Origin: Noviherbaspirillum sp.
GTDB taxonomy: Bacteria; Pseudomonadota; Gammaproteobacteria; Burkholderiales; Burkholderiaceae_D
Direction: 5' to 3'
Length of the DNA stretch: 64,000 nt
NCBI GenBank assembly: GCA_035654275.1
Contig: DASRXG010000066.1
Location: 8,584-72,583, forward strand
Shown: piece after piece, positions 10,008 through 23,875 of the stretch
Layout of the letters: each line of letters opens with the position of its first letter
How positions within the stretch are numbered: position 1 is the first letter of the stretch
Program-made: the position numbers and the translations under genes
Notes under the pieces: model-generated
Databases searched by the model: none
Told to the model about the DNA's origin: nothing
What the model saw: only the letters and a program-made list of their open reading frames with translations

Positions 10008-10748
10008 TCAGCGGACGGCCATCCTCTGCCGGCGCGCTTCGTAGAGGCAAACGCCGGATGCTACCGACACATTGAGGCTTTCTACAGCACCTTGCATGGG
10101 GATGCTGACCAGCAGATCGCAGTTTTCGCGCGTCAGGCGGCGCATGCCCTCGCCTTCGGAACCCATCACAAGCGCCACTGCCCCCGTAAAATCGGCTTCA
10201 TACAGGCCTTTTTCGGCGTCGTCCGAGGTCCCGATGAGCCAAATGTCGCGCTCCTTGAGTTCGCGCATCGTACGGGCAAGATTTGTGACCGTAATGTAAG
10301 GCACGGTGTCCGCTGCGCCACTCGCGACTTTTGCTGCAGTGGCATTCAACCCTACAGCACGGTCTTTCGGTGCGATCACCGCATGCGCTCCGGCACCGTC
10401 GGCGACACGGAGGCAGGCCCCCAGATTGTGCGGGTCGGTAATACCATCGAGGATCAATAACAAAGGTGGCCCTTCGATTCCATCCAGGAGTTCGTCGAGG
10501 TTCCTTGCCAGTGACAATTCACCAGCCTTGGCCACCACCCCCTGATGCCGGCGCGTGCCGACCATACCATCCAGGCGCTGGTCGTCAGCATGGATGATAC
10601 GAACCTTGGCCGCTTCCGCGGCACGTAGCAATTCCTGCATGCGCCGGTCGTGCCGAGTCGCGTCGACATAGATTTCCTCGACCGAGGATGCGTCATGGCG
10701 CAAGCGAGCCGTCACGGCGTGAAAGCCGAAAATCATTTTGCTTTTCAT
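10008..10748 (-). CDS. rlmB: 23S rRNA Gm2251 2'-O-methyltransferase
   Basis: SPOUT motifs [23 protein letters not shown]; downstream of rnr. Confidence 0.95.
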   Translation of the reverse strand: MKSKMIFGFHAVTARLRHDASSVEEIYVDATRHDRRMQELLRAAEAAKVRIIHADDQRLDGMVGTRRHQGVVAKAGELSLARNLDELLDGIEGPPLLLILDGITDPHNLGACLRVADGAGAHAVIAPKDRAVGLNATAAKVASGAADTVPYITVTNLARTMRELKERDIWLIGTSDDAEKGLYEADFTGAVALVMGSEGEGMRRLTRENCDLLVSIPMQGAVESLNVSVASGVCLYEARRQRMAVR

Positions 10749-10750
10749 GT

Positions 10751-13186
10751 TTATCTTTTCTTCTTGGCCGGTTTCCCATGCGCCTTGGCTGTACGCGCGG
10801 CCTTGGGCGCCTTGGAGGCAGATTTTGTACGTTTCGCTTTTACGGTCTTGACCGATTCCGGCTTTTTCGGCGCAGCTTTTCGCTTAGCCTTGGTTTTTTT
10901 CTCGTATGTCTGCTCGGCCTCCGCACGACGCGCTTCATTCTTCAGAGTCGTCCGGATATCGGCCTGATGCACCAGGCGCAAATCGATCTTCCGTGCATCA
11001 AGATCCACACGGCTGACCTGCACTGTCACGCGATCGGTTAATTGATACCGGATTCCGGTACGCTCCCCGCGCAGCTCATGGCGGATCTCGTCATACTGGA
11101 AGTAATCGGCGCCCAGATCCGTCACATGGACCAGGCCTTCGATAAACAGTGTGTCGAGCTGCACAAAGATGCCAAACGGTGCCACGCCCGAGATCGTACC
11201 GGTAAATTCCTCACCCAGTTTGTCGCGGATGAAATAGCACTTCAGCCACGCCTCCACATCGCGCGACGCTTCATCCGCGCGGCGCTCGTTGGCGGAACAA
11301 TGGACGCCAAGCGCTTCCCAGATCGCCAGTTCACCTTCCTTCTTTTTCTTGCCGGCCTCTCTGTCCTTTGCCGCCATCCTGCGTGCTGCAGGAGAAAGCA
11401 TTGTATTGAGGGAACTGGTGTCGACACTGCTTGGCACGTAGCGTTTCCCCTGCAAAATCGCCTTGATGGCGCGATGGGTCAAGAGATCGGGATAACGCCG
11501 AATCGGGCTCGTGAAGTGGGCATATGCCTCATACGCCAATCCAAAGTGGCCAATGTTGTCCGGACTGTACACTGCCTGCTGCATCGACCTCAGCAGCATG
11601 GTTTGTAATAGCACCGCGTCCGGACGCATCTTGATCTTCGGGATCAATTCCGCGTAGTCGGAAGCTGCTGGCGTATCGCCCCCACCGAGATGCAGTCCCA
11701 TCTGTTTCAGGAAGGTTCGCACCTGAGTGAGTTTCTCCTTTGAGGGTGGCGCGTGGACGCGGTATACACCGGGATGCTCATGGCGCGCCAGCAGGTCGGC
11801 AGCACAGACGTTCGCAGCCAGCATGCATTCCTCGATCAGCCGATGGGCATCATTGCGTGTGCGTGGCAGAATCTGTTCGATCTTGCCGGCAGCGTTACAG
11901 ACAATATAAGTCTCGGTAGTCTCGAAATCGATCGCGCCGCGCTCCTGCCGTGCATGCAGCAACGCCTGGAAGACTTCATACAAGTCAAGCAGGTGCGGAA
12001 CCAATCCTTGCCGCTTTGCCGCTTCCGTTCCCTTGGTATTGGCCAAAATCGCTGCGACCTCCGTATAGGTCAATCGCGCGGCCGAATGCATCACGGCTGG
12101 ATAGAACTGATAAGCCTTGATCTGGCCTTTGGCGGTAATCACGACATCGCACACCAACGTAAGACGATCAACGGCGGGGTTCAACGAGCACAAACCGTTG
12201 GAGAGCTTCTCTGGCAGCATCGGAATGACGCGCCGAGGAAAATACACTGACGTGCTCCGTTCCAGCGCATCCTTGTCCAGCGCATCATTGGGCTTCACGT
12301 AATGGCTGACATCCGCGATGGCGACAATTAATCGGTATCCCTTGCTACGCCCGATCTTGACCTGCTCACAATACACGGCGTCGTCGAAGTCACGCGCATC
12401 CTCGCCATCGATCGTCACCAAAGGAATATCACGCAAATCGACACGGTCCACGAGGTCGACATCGCGCACTTCACTCGGCAATTTCGCCGCCAGTTTCTTT
12501 GCAGCTTCGGAGAATTCATGCGGCACGCCATACTTGCGCACTGCAATTTCGATTTCCATCCCCGGGTCATCGATATCGCCTAACACCTCAATGATCTTGC
12601 CGACTGGCTGGGTATAACGCGATGGCTGTTCGATCAACTCGACGCTCACGACCTGCCCGGTCTTCGCCTTGCCCGGCGATCCGTGCAGCAAAATATCTTG
12701 GCCAATTCGCTTGTCCTCTGGCGCAACGATCCAGACGCCGTTTTCATTCAGCAGGCGCCCGATGACATGTGTATTGGCGCGCTCGAGAACTTCGACGATG
12801 GTACCTTCCGGCCTGCCTCGGCGGTCAGTGCCGACAATGCGGACCTGCACACGGTCTCCGTGAAGGACCTTCTGCATTTCCTTCTCGGGGAGAAAAATAT
12901 CGTCGCTGCCGTCGTCCGGCGTCAGGAAGCCGTAACCTTCGCGGTGACCGCTGACCCGGCCTTCAATAAAGTTGGAATGATGAGTGAGCTGATAATGGCC
13001 GTTCCGATTCGGCTTGATCTGACCGTCGCGTTCCATCGCATTCAGGCGGCGCGTGAGGCCGTCCATTTCTTCAGGTTTGACATCGAGTGCCGCGGCGATG
13101 GACAGCACATCCAGTGTTTCAGCCGCGGTGCGCAGAATGCCGAGAATTTCCTCCCGGCTGGGAATTGGGTATGGGTATTGGCTCAA
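10751..13186 (-). CDS. rnr: Ribonuclease R
   Basis: [26 protein letters not shown]1 domain and basic tail; TTG start at 13186 (alternative 13198). Confidence 0.96.
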   Translation of the reverse strand: MSQYPYPIPSREEILGILRTAAETLDVLSIAAALDVKPEEMDGLTRRLNAMERDGQIKPNRNGHYQLTHHSNFIEGRVSGHREGYGFLTPDDGSDDIFLPEKEMQKVLHGDRVQVRIVGTDRRGRPEGTIVEVLERANTHVIGRLLNENGVWIVAPEDKRIGQDILLHGSPGKAKTGQVVSVELIEQPSRYTQPVGKIIEVLGDIDDPGMEIEIAVRKYGVPHEFSEAAKKLAAKLPSEVRDVDLVDRVDLRDIPLVTIDGEDARDFDDAVYCEQVKIGRSKGYRLIVAIADVSHYVKPNDALDKDALERSTSVYFPRRVIPMLPEKLSNGLCSLNPAVDRLTLVCDVVITAKGQIKAYQFYPAVMHSAARLTYTEVAAILANTKGTEAAKRQGLVPHLLDLYEVFQALLHARQERGAIDFETTETYIVCNAAGKIEQILPRTRNDAHRLIEECMLAANVCAADLLARHEHPGVYRVHAPPSKEKLTQVRTFLKQMGLHLGGGDTPAASDYAELIPKIKMRPDAVLLQTMLLRSMQQAVYSPDNIGHFGLAYEAYAHFTSPIRRYPDLLTHRAIKAILQGKRYVPSSVDTSSLNTMLSPAARRMAAKDREAGKKKKEGELAIWEALGVHCSANERRADEASRDVEAWLKCYFIRDKLGEEFTGTISGVAPFGIFVQLDTLFIEGLVHVTDLGADYFQYDEIRHELRGERTGIRYQLTDRVTVQVSRVDLDARKIDLRLVHQADIRTTLKNEARRAEAEQTYEKKTKAKRKAAPKKPESVKTVKAKRTKSASKAPKAARTAKAHGKPAKKKR

Positions 13187-13289
13187 AAGGTACTTCAATT
13201 CATTATTATCAATACAAGGGGTTAGTGTAACGGACTACGTGGCATTTACCTAACGCCCCACTTCGCCGGAGATTAGTTGCAGCAGCGAA

Positions 13290-13317
13290 TTGACATCTCC
13301 GGATTTTCCGATATAAT
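13290..13317 (+). promoter_or_regulatory. Consensus sigma70 promoter for tRNA-Leu
   Basis: TTGACA-N16-TATAAT. Confidence 0.85.
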
Positions 13318-13333
13318 TTCGGTCTTTCGCATC

Positions 13334-13420
13334 GCCCAGATGGCGGAATTGGTAGACGCACTAGGTTCAGGTCCTAGCGGTGGCAACACTGTGGAGGTTC
13401 GAGTCCTCTTCTGGGCACCA
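13334..13420 (+). tRNA. tRNA-Leu(CAG)
   Basis: GCCCAGATGGCGGAATTGGTAGACGC, anticodon arm CTAGG-TT-CAG-GT-CCTAG, long variable arm, GGTTCGAGTCC, CCA end. Confidence 0.97.
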
Positions 13421-13426
13421 AGTTTT

Positions 13427-13459
13427 AAAAGGTCCGCAACTGCGGACCTTTTTCTTTTT
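13427..13459 (+). terminator. Intrinsic terminator of tRNA-Leu
   Basis: AAAAGGTCCGCA-AC-TGCGGACCTTTT followed by T-rich tail. Confidence 0.85.
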
Positions 13460-13606
13460 CAGCAGCGAAAACAGCAACGCCGAACTGCCAACTCTCTTGT
13501 TAAGCCACAATCTGCAATCCCAGTTGGACGCGGATGCAACGGAAGCCCAACTTCCAGCCTTGGCCTGCAAGCGTCTGACCAGAATCGCTGCCGCAAAAAC
13601 GCCATT

Positions 13607-13642
13607 AAAAACAAGAAGACCCGTCAGCACGCCGACGGGTCT
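13607..13642 (-). terminator. Probable terminator of the purA-phosphoribosyltransferase transcript
   Basis: AGACCCGTC-N8-GACGGGTCT stem followed on minus strand by TCTTGTTTTT. Confidence 0.65.
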
Positions 13643-13717
13643 CCTCTCATCCTTGCACACTACCCAAGCGTCCGCTTACGCAGACTTTTTGAGCATGAAA
13701 AAGAAAGCAAGTTCTGC

Positions 13718-14254
13718 TCAGGCAGTCTCACCTTTCTTCAACCATGCCGACAATTGATGTGGGCGCAAACTGTCGTACTCTTCAAAGGGCTGATGAATCC
13801 AGGGATTGTTCGGCAAATACTGGAGGAAATAGTCTGGCCGAACTGACGAGCAGGCCTTGCACCAGATCACCGCAGAGCGCACTTCAGTCACCGCCGTGAA
13901 ATTTTCCTTGAGATGGCGCTGCACATTTTCGAGCGTAACTCCAGAATCAACCAAATCGTCCAGAAGCAATACTTTCCCGGACAAAGTCCCTTTCGTCATC
14001 GTGATGTGCTTTGCGATGTCGAGCTTTCCTTGCACCGTACCCGCCTCTTCGCGGTAAGAACTGGTGGACAGGATCGCCAGCGGAACATCAAAGACCCGAG
14101 AGAAAACATCCCCGGGACGCAAACCGCCCCGAGCAAGGCACAGGACCTGATCGAACTCCCAGCCTGACTCATAAATCATGCGGGCGAGCTCAAGCACTGC
14201 GCGGTTATAGTCGTCCCACGATACCCACAAATCCTTTTCGTTTGAAACACCCAT
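13718..14254 (-). CDS. Purine phosphoribosyltransferase family protein
   Basis: LARGG and VLLLDDLVDSGVT PRPP-binding motif; follows purA; alternative GTG start 14269. Confidence 0.88.
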   Translation of the reverse strand: MGVSNEKDLWVSWDDYNRAVLELARMIYESGWEFDQVLCLARGGLRPGDVFSRVFDVPLAILSTSSYREEAGTVQGKLDIAKHITMTKGTLSGKVLLLDDLVDSGVTLENVQRHLKENFTAVTEVRSAVIWCKACSSVRPDYFLQYLPNNPWIHQPFEEYDSLRPHQLSAWLKKGETA

Positions 14255-14281
14255 TTTGCTCTCCACCACTATTCCTCTTGC

Positions 14282-16736
<2,455 letters not shown>

Positions 16737-16750
16737 GACAGAAAAACTGC

Positions 16751-16945
16751 TTATGAGTAAAAACGAATCAAGCTCAACGTCACCAAACCACACAAGACAG
16801 CGACCAGACCCAGAAACCGGATCTGGCCGTCAGATAACCGAGTTATGCGATTAAAGGTGTCGCGCCATTGCTTGGGAAAAAGAAACGGAATGACGCCTTC
16901 CAACAGCAGCATCAGTCCAAGGGCGACAGCCAGCGAGCATCCCAT
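16751..16945 (-). CDS. DUF2065 (YjeT-like) small membrane protein
   Basis: [17 protein letters not shown]...QIRFLGL pattern; downstream of hflC. Confidence 0.85.
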   Translation of the reverse strand: MGCSLAVALGLMLLLEGVIPFLFPKQWRDTFNRITRLSDGQIRFLGLVAVLCGLVTLSLIRFYS

Positions 16946-16957
16946 AGTGCGCTCGCT

Positions 16958-17851
16958 TTATTTTTTCGACGTGGTTGCTGCTCCCGCGCTGGTGCTCTTG
17001 AAATACTTGAAGAACTCGGAATTTGGGTCGACAACCATCAAGTCATTTCGATTCTTGAAGCTGGCACGATAGGCTTCGAGGCTGCGATAGAACTTGAAGA
17101 ACTCCGGATTCTGGCCAAATGCCTGGGAATAAATCTGCGTCGCCTTTGCGTCGCCATCACCGCGGATAGCCTCGGCATCCCTATAGGCCTCGGCCAGAAT
17201 CACCGTACGTTGGCGGTCAGCATCGGCACGTATCTTTTCAGATTCAGCGGCACCGGTTGAGCGCAATTCGTTAGCAACGCGAACGCGCTCCGCCTTCATC
17301 CTGTCATAGACCGAAGTGTTGATCTGCTCGACGTAGTCGACCCGCTTCAACCGCACATCAATGATTTCAACGCCGATCTGCTTCGCTTCCTCTGCCACCT
17401 TCTTGTGGATCGCATTCATGACCTTGCTACGCTCGCCAGAGATGACCTCCCTTACCGTGCGCTTGGTGATTTCCTCGTTAAGTGCAGCCTTGATCATTTG
17501 CGACATCCGATCCTGTGCACGTTTCTCGTCGCCGGTAAAGCTGACGAAGTACAAACGCGGCTCGCGAATGCGCCACTTGACATAGGCATCAACAAGGATG
17601 TTCTTCTTTTCTGCGGTAATGAAACGATCCGCTTCCGGCGTATCAAGCGTCAGGATCCGTTTATCCATGAACACGACATTCTGGAATGGCGGCGGCAGTT
17701 TGAAATGCAGGCCAGGTTCACTAATCACCTTCTTGACTTCACCAAGTGCGAAAACGATCGCGTACTGGCGCTGATCGACAACAAAAAGCGTCGACAGCAG
17801 GATGGTCAGAATGATCAGACCCGCAATAGCGGTAGAAACGAGGCGGTTCAT
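16958..17851 (-). CDS. hflC: FtsH protease modulator HflC
   Basis: N-terminal TM, SPFH domain, YDRMKAER, FYRSLEAY. Confidence 0.96.
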   Translation of the reverse strand: MNRLVSTAIAGLIILTILLSTLFVVDQRQYAIVFALGEVKKVISEPGLHFKLPPPFQNVVFMDKRILTLDTPEADRFITAEKKNILVDAYVKWRIREPRLYFVSFTGDEKRAQDRMSQMIKAALNEEITKRTVREVISGERSKVMNAIHKKVAEEAKQIGVEIIDVRLKRVDYVEQINTSVYDRMKAERVRVANELRSTGAAESEKIRADADRQRTVILAEAYRDAEAIRGDGDAKATQIYSQAFGQNPEFFKFYRSLEAYRASFKNRNDLMVVDPNSEFFKYFKSTSAGAATTSKK

Positions 17852-19143
17852 TACCGGACCTCCCGCTCACGAGAATCACGGCCATCACGGCTGCGCGAAT
17901 CTTTTTGCCGTTGGATTTCCATCGATTGCAAAGGCTCTGTCGCCGGAACTGTGGTTGTGGATGACTGGTTAGTCGAAGCGTTGGGCTTGTTACCGGAAGC
18001 CTCATTCGCTGATTGCGCAATCAACTTATCGAGCGGGAGATAGAGCAAATTACTGCCACTCTTGTTGTCTACCATCACCTTTGTCGTGTTGGAGAATATC
18101 TGCTGCATCGTCTCCAGATACATGCGATCGCGCGTGACCGCCGGCGCCTTCTGATACTCAACGAGCACCTGCTTGAAACGCGAGGCATCACCCTGAGCGT
18201 TTGCTACAACTCGTGAACGATATGCCTCAGCCTCTTGCAACAAGCGTGAAGCGGCACCGCGGGCACGCGGAATGACATCGTTCGCGTACGCCTGGCCTTC
18301 ATTCTTCTGACGTTCACGGTCCTGGCCCGCCTTGACCGCATCGTCAAATGCTGCCTGTACCTGCTCGGGCGGTTGCACGCCCTGCATCGTGACATTCGCG
18401 ATTTGGACGCCAGCCTTGTAACGGTCGGTGATCTGCTGCATCAACTGACTGACATCAAAGGCCACCTTTTCCCGTCCTTCGTACAGCACAAAATCCATCT
18501 TGCTTCGACCAACCACCTCGCGGATAGCGGTTTCCGCTACCTGCCTGACCAATTCATCCTTGTCGCGATTATTGAAAATCCACTCGGATGCATTTTTGAG
18601 CGTGTACTGGACTGCAAACTGGATATCGATGATGTTTTCGTCCTCAGTCAACATCAGCGATTCCTTTGGCTGCTTATTCTTGACGTTCGAACGGTAGCCC
18701 ACCTCGACAGTCCGAACCTGCGAGACGTTCTCAATTTCGTGCGATTGAATTGGATAGGGCCAGCGCCAGTTAAACCCGGCGGGTGTCATGTGGCTATATT
18801 TACCAAAGGTCAATACCACACCGGTTTGACCTTCCTGAACGATAAAGAAACCGCTGACGAGCCAAAGAAACACGACGATAATCGCGATCAGTCCGACCCC
18901 GATACCGGCACCTTTGGCGTCCGGCGTGAAGCCACCGCCTCCACCGCCGTCCCCTTTGTTACCAAAGAGACGATTCAGACGCTGATTAAACTCGCGCCAG
19001 AGTTGGTCGAGATCCGGGGGACCGTCATTCGGCCGCTTACCGTCCTGATTTTGATTTTGGCCGTTATCCTGGGAACCGCGTCCCCAACGTGGATCATTCA
19101 AGGAAAATTTCAGGCCGATCTTTTTTAGTAGAGGAACAGGCAT
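17851..19143 (-). CDS. hflK: FtsH protease modulator HflK
   Basis: GPPDLD N-terminus, SPFH domain, MLTEDENI, AFDDAVKA. Confidence 0.96.
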   Translation of the reverse strand: MPVPLLKKIGLKFSLNDPRWGRGSQDNGQNQNQDGKRPNDGPPDLDQLWREFNQRLNRLFGNKGDGGGGGGFTPDAKGAGIGVGLIAIIVVFLWLVSGFFIVQEGQTGVVLTFGKYSHMTPAGFNWRWPYPIQSHEIENVSQVRTVEVGYRSNVKNKQPKESLMLTEDENIIDIQFAVQYTLKNASEWIFNNRDKDELVRQVAETAIREVVGRSKMDFVLYEGREKVAFDVSQLMQQITDRYKAGVQIANVTMQGVQPPEQVQAAFDDAVKAGQDRERQKNEGQAYANDVIPRARGAASRLLQEAEAYRSRVVANAQGDASRFKQVLVEYQKAPAVTRDRMYLETMQQIFSNTTKVMVDNKSGSNLLYLPLDKLIAQSANEASGNKPNASTNQSSTTTVPATEPLQSMEIQRQKDSRSRDGRDSREREVR

Positions 19144-19190
19144 GCTCTCGCTATCCGGCGTATGTTGATGGGTTGCAATGCAAATTATTA

Positions 19191-20312
19191 TTAAGTTCGT
19201 GCATCGTGACCCTCCCGAACCGGTAGACGATCAAGACGCGCCACTGCATCCGCTTTTGCGGATTCAGCTATGGCCTCGCGTAGCAAATCCAGGCCGGCCC
19301 CTGTTTGGGCGCTAATAAAAACACGGCGGATTCTATCATACTCGTCACGTTCCAAAGCAGGCTCCAGACCTGCTGCATCAATCTTGTTCCAGACCAGAAT
19401 CTGGGGAATATGGTCGGCCTTGATCTCTTTCAGAACTGCATTGACCTGCTCGATCTGCTCCATGCGAACCGGGCTCGCAGCATCGACGACATGCAAGAGC
19501 AGATCGGCGTGAACAGTCTCTTCCAGAGTGGCACGGAAAGCGGCAACGAGTTGATGTGGCAACTCCCGGATAAAGCCGACCGTATCCGAAATGACAACAC
19601 TGCCTGCCTCGTCCAGGTATATGCGGCGAGAAGTGGTGTCAAGCGTTGCGAACAGCTGGTCGGCCGCGTATGTCCGCGCCTTCGTCAGAGCGTTAAACAA
19701 TGTCGACTTTCCCGCGTTGGTATAACCCACCAAGGATATGGAAAAAGTATTGTTCCGATTACGAGCCCGCCGCTGTGTCTCGCGCTGCCGATGCAGCTTA
19801 TCGAGGCGGGAGCGTAAAGCCTTAACACGGTCGCCCAACAAACGACGGTCGGTTTCTAGCTGAGTTTCGCCCGGTCCGCGCAGACCGATACCGCCTTTTT
19901 GCCGCTCCAGGTGTGTCCACCCCCGAATCAAACGTGTCGCAAGGTGCTGCAACTGAGCGAGTTCCACCTGGACCTTGCCCTCGTGGCTGTGAGCGCGCTG
20001 GGCGAAGATATCGAGGATCAGGCTGGTACGATCAATGACGCGAATCTTCAGGTGCCGCTCTAGGTTGCGCTGTTGAGCCGGTGAGAGCGCATGGTTAAAG
20101 ATAACGAGATCCAACCGATCGTGAGCAATGGCGTCAGCGATCTCGTCCGCTTTGCCGGATCCGACAAAAAGCGCCGCATCCGGACTAGAGCGTTTTCCGA
20201 TGATTGTTACGACAGGTTCTGCCCCTGCCGATTTGGACAGCAGGGACAGTTCTTCCAGGCTTGCGGCAAAGTCGCCCTTGCCGAAATCAACGCCGACTAA
20301 TGCAGCGCGCAT
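19191..20312 (-). CDS. hflX: Ribosome-splitting GTPase HflX
   Basis: GPGETQLETDRR, GYTNAGKSTL, DTVGFI, NKID. Confidence 0.97.
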   Translation of the reverse strand: MRAALVGVDFGKGDFAASLEELSLLSKSAGAEPVVTIIGKRSSPDAALFVGSGKADEIADAIAHDRLDLVIFNHALSPAQQRNLERHLKIRVIDRTSLILDIFAQRAHSHEGKVQVELAQLQHLATRLIRGWTHLERQKGGIGLRGPGETQLETDRRLLGDRVKALRSRLDKLHRQRETQRRARNRNNTFSISLVGYTNAGKSTLFNALTKARTYAADQLFATLDTTSRRIYLDEAGSVVISDTVGFIRELPHQLVAAFRATLEETVHADLLLHVVDAASPVRMEQIEQVNAVLKEIKADHIPQILVWNKIDAAGLEPALERDEYDRIRRVFISAQTGAGLDLLREAIAESAKADAVARLDRLPVREGHDART

Positions 20313-20339
20313 AAAAGAAGTGGACGGAGCAACGATATC

Positions 20340-20576
20340 TTATTCCGCGTCAGACTCAAGATTGATATTTACGGCACGAGCAGGAACCACCGTGGAGATG
20401 GCATGCTTGTAGACCATTTGGGTTACCGTATTCCGCAACAGAACGACATACTGATCAAACGACTCGATGTGGCCTTGCAGTTTAATGCCGTTGACGAGGT
20501 AGATTGAAACGGGTACGTGTTCTTTACGTAAGGCGTTGAGGAACGGGTCTTGTAACAATTGCCCTTTATTGCTCAT
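20340..20576 (-). CDS. hfq: RNA chaperone Hfq
   Basis: [32 protein letters not shown]. Confidence 0.98.
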   Translation of the reverse strand: MSNKGQLLQDPFLNALRKEHVPVSIYLVNGIKLQGHIESFDQYVVLLRNTVTQMVYKHAISTVVPARAVNINLESDAE

Positions 20577-20658
20577 GGCGGCTCCATTGTGTAGTTGTGA
20601 TTAGGAGTTGGAGGCAACCTGGTGCTTTTCAAGTGCCCCTCAAAGACGGTGAGTTACG

Positions 20659-20688
20659 ACTGTAATCGATTTTTGCGTTTCGTGCCAA
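20659..20688 (-). promoter_or_regulatory. Possible internal sigma70 promoter for hfq
   Basis: TTGGCA-N18-TACAGT on minus strand in the der-hfq gap. Confidence 0.35.
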
Positions 20689-20696
20689 GCGAAAGG

Positions 20697-22040
20697 CTAT
20701 TTTTCATCTTTGGCAAAAGGATTCTTGCTCGAGCGCAGTTCGATACGTAATGGAGTGCCCACCAACGAAAAAGTTTCGCGGAAGTGCTTCTCGAGATAGC
20801 GCTTGTAATTGTCATCAATTGCTTCAAGCGCGTTCCCGTGAATAACGACAATCGGCGGGTTCTGTCCGCCCTGATGCGCATAGCGCAGTTTGGGACGGAT
20901 CGATCCCTTGCGTCGCGGTTGCTGGTGCTCCACGGCCTCAATCAAGGCTCGCGTCAACCGTGGCGTCGACAACTTGGCCATTGCCGCTGCATACGCCCCA
21001 TCAATGGACTTCATCAGCGGACCAATTCCCGATCCTTTTAGTGCGGAAATGAAGTGGAATTTCGCAAAGAACAGGAAACTCAGTTTCCGTTCGATATCCA
21101 TCTTGATCTCGTCGCGCCTGTCGGCGTCAAGGCCATCCCATTTATTGACGCCAACCACAAGTGCCCGCCCCGATTCAAGCACAAAACCAGCGATGTGCGC
21201 ATCCTGCTCCGAAATATCTTGCTGTGCATCAAGCAAAAGCAAAACTACGTTCGCTTCGGAAATGGATTGTAATGTCTTAACGACAGAAAACTTTTCAATC
21301 GCCTCGAAGACCTTGCCGCGACGACGAATGCCAGCGGTGTCGATTAACGTATATTTCTTCCCGTCGCGCTCGAAGGGAATTTCGATCGAGTCTCGGGTCG
21401 TACCTGGCATGTCAAACGCAATCACGCGGTCTTCGCCAAGCAGCGTATTAACCAGGGTTGACTTGCCCACGTTAGGCCGGCCGACAATAGCAATCTTGAT
21501 CCCCTTGTCACCAGGCTCCAGCACCTCCTCCTCTGCCGGACGTTGCGCATAGGCGGCATCAAGTGCCTCGTTGACCAAGTCCAAAACGCCGTCGCCATGC
21601 GCGGCCGAGATAACGTACGGATCACCCATCCCAAGCTCATAGAAGTCGGCCGTCACCGACGTATACTTCATGCCCTCGGCCTTATTCACCACGAGCATCA
21701 CCGGGCGCCCGGACTTGCGCAGGAAATCGGTGATTGTCTTGTCATGCGGAGTCAGCCCCTGCCTGCCATCGACAATAAACACGACGACGTCAGCCTCCGC
21801 CACGGCCTGCTTGGTCTGCTTGGCCATCTCATACATGATTCCTTCCTTGGCGACCGGCTCGAATCCGCCGGTGTCGATCACAAGAAAGGGGCGCTCGCCG
21901 ACGCGGCCTTCGCCATAATGGCGATCACGGGTCAAGCCTGGAAGGTCGGCGACCAATGCATCGCGCGACCGGGTGAGCCGGTTGAACAACGTTGACTTGC
22001 CGACGTTTGGTCGGCCTACTAATGCAATAACCGGCTTCAT
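20697..22040 (-). CDS. der: Ribosome biogenesis GTPase Der (EngA)
   Basis: Two [11 protein letters not shown]-domains; start at MKPVIAL. Confidence 0.97.
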   Translation of the reverse strand: MKPVIALVGRPNVGKSTLFNRLTRSRDALVADLPGLTRDRHYGEGRVGERPFLVIDTGGFEPVAKEGIMYEMAKQTKQAVAEADVVVFIVDGRQGLTPHDKTITDFLRKSGRPVMLVVNKAEGMKYTSVTADFYELGMGDPYVISAAHGDGVLDLVNEALDAAYAQRPAEEEVLEPGDKGIKIAIVGRPNVGKSTLVNTLLGEDRVIAFDMPGTTRDSIEIPFERDGKKYTLIDTAGIRRRGKVFEAIEKFSVVKTLQSISEANVVLLLLDAQQDISEQDAHIAGFVLESGRALVVGVNKWDGLDADRRDEIKMDIERKLSFLFFAKFHFISALKGSGIGPLMKSIDGAYAAAMAKLSTPRLTRALIEAVEHQQPRRKGSIRPKLRYAHQGGQNPPIVVIHGNALEAIDDNYKRYLEKHFRETFSLVGTPLRIELRSSKNPFAKDEK

Positions 22041-22047
22041 TAATCTC

Positions 22048-23196
22048 TTACTCGGTTGCCAATGCAACCAGCGTTCCTGCTTGGGTTTGAAAAACTGCCG
22101 ATTTACCGGCAACTAAAGGAGTCGCGGCAATGACGCGGCCGCCATCGATATTGGCACGTGCGACAAACGCGCCGTCCTCACGAGAAAGGAAGTGGATATA
22201 GCCCTGTGCATCGCCCACAGCGACCGCGCGGCCGACCGGCACCGGCGTGGACAGCTGCCGGTATGCCAGTTTGTTATTGCGCCACACTCCGGATCCGGTA
22301 TCACGAGCGAAAGCCGTCACGGCGCCCCGCTCATCGGCCACGTAAAGCAGCCGCTCGTCCACTCCCACGCCCACTTCACTGGAAAGCTCTTTGGCCCAGC
22401 GTGGCGCGCCACTGGCCGCATCAAAACATGCAACGCGCCCCTGATAGGCTACCGCACAGACTTCGCCACCGCTCACCACCGGGGTACCGGAGAGGTCCGC
22501 GATACGTTCCAGCTCAGTAGTTCCCCTTGGATCTCCTACAGCCATTTCCCAGCGCGCGCCGCCATTTGACAATGCCAAGGCAAGCAACCTGCCGCCGGGC
22601 AGGGCAACATAAGCAGTTGGGCCTGCGATTGCAATGCCGGGAGCAGTTCTCAAGGTCAGCGCTGGCGTGGTCCGCTGGGCGACCCACCGTCGCACACCGG
22701 ACTCTGCGTCATACGCCGCAATTCTGTTATCGACGCTACGCACTACTACCAAGCCCTGACCAACAGCAGGTGCCGACAGAATTTCACTCGAAGCTTGCGC
22801 CTTCCAACGCAACTTGCCGTCGCCGTCAAACGCCATCAAAACGCCTTCTTCCGCCGCGACAGCAACCGTATATCCGTCACTGCCGACTCCGGCAGTCAAG
22901 CGCGAGCCTGTATCGATGCGCCAGATCACGCGTCCGCTTGCTGCATCAATGCGAGTCAAGGATCCATCGGCCGCAGCACCGAAAACGCTACCAATTGCGA
23001 CAGCAGGAGAAAACGCAAAACCACCTGAACGGCCGATCGAGGTCGACCAAAGGTTGCGAACAGCCAACGTTGGCTTGAATTCTTCCAGCGCAGCGGGCGG
23101 ATTACGTGACGGCTTGCTCGCAAATGGATTCAACGAAGAACAGCCGGCCAGCACGGCGAGCGCTGCGGCACACGTTACCTTTACGGCTTTACGCAT
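22048..23196 (-). CDS. bamB: Outer membrane protein assembly factor BamB
   Basis: Lipobox LAGC, PQQ-like beta-propeller, [12 protein letters not shown]; yfgM-bamB-der synteny. Confidence 0.94.
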   Translation of the reverse strand: MRKAVKVTCAAALAVLAGCSSLNPFASKPSRNPPAALEEFKPTLAVRNLWSTSIGRSGGFAFSPAVAIGSVFGAAADGSLTRIDAASGRVIWRIDTGSRLTAGVGSDGYTVAVAAEEGVLMAFDGDGKLRWKAQASSEILSAPAVGQGLVVVRSVDNRIAAYDAESGVRRWVAQRTTPALTLRTAPGIAIAGPTAYVALPGGRLLALALSNGGARWEMAVGDPRGTTELERIADLSGTPVVSGGEVCAVAYQGRVACFDAASGAPRWAKELSSEVGVGVDERLLYVADERGAVTAFARDTGSGVWRNNKLAYRQLSTPVPVGRAVAVGDAQGYIHFLSREDGAFVARANIDGGRVIAATPLVAGKSAVFQTQAGTLVALATE

Positions 23197-23214
23197 TACT
23201 TTCCCCTATGCAGT

Positions 23215-23862
23215 TTAAGCCGCGGCGTTGGCGGATGCCCCACCGATCGCGTCCAACTTCAATTGAATCAGCTGGCGGGCAGGATTTTTCTGCTCGGTTT
23301 TATCAAGTGCGAGCTTGTAGGCGGCCCGGGCGTCTTCAATCTTGGACTGGGCAACGAGAATATCGCCTTTGCGATCCGCAACCGCACCGGAGAATTGTTC
23401 AGGGAAGTCGCCTGAAAGCAGCTTCAGCCCCTCGCCATAGGCCTTCTCATCGAGGAGAACGCCTGCCAAACGAATCTTGGCGATTGCTTTGTATTCGTCA
23501 TTGCCGTTTTCGATTACCCATTGCAGCTGCGATTTGGCTGCTTTCAAGTCGTTTGCTTCAAATGCGCTCTTGGCGGCAGCAAGCGCCCCCATCTGCGCAT
23601 ACGCAGTACGACCGAATTTTTCGGTCATGTCGACCGCAGCACGCTGAACTTTTGCATTGTCCTTCGATGCAACTGCCTTCTGCAGCGACTCATAAAGCTG
23701 CGCAGCCTGAACAGTCTGTTTACGCTGGTAATAATTCCAGCCAGACCATGCGGCATAGGCTGCCAATGCAATGATCAGGAGCCAAGTAATGAGATTGCCG
23801 TACTGATTCCACCATGCCTTGAGCGTGGCTAGCTGTTCTTGTTCTTCGAGGTCGTATGCCAT
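23215..23862 (-). CDS. yfgM: YfgM family TPR membrane protein
   Basis: MAYDLEEQEQL..LKAWW, single TM, TPR-like helices. Confidence 0.92.
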   Translation of the reverse strand: MAYDLEEQEQLATLKAWWNQYGNLITWLLIIALAAYAAWSGWNYYQRKQTVQAAQLYESLQKAVASKDNAKVQRAAVDMTEKFGRTAYAQMGALAAAKSAFEANDLKAAKSQLQWVIENGNDEYKAIAKIRLAGVLLDEKAYGEGLKLLSGDFPEQFSGAVADRKGDILVAQSKIEDARAAYKLALDKTEQKNPARQLIQLKLDAIGGASANAAA

Positions 23863-23875
23863 GATGTTCTAACGT

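Noticed and set aside
13277-13846. ORFs spanning tRNA-Leu (13277-13846, 13367-13660, 13380-13757)
   Set aside because: They overlap the tRNA and terminators and show no recognisable protein features
20675-20688. sigma54 promoter upstream of hfq (TGGCAC...GC)
   Set aside because: GG to GC spacing is 8 nt, not the required 10
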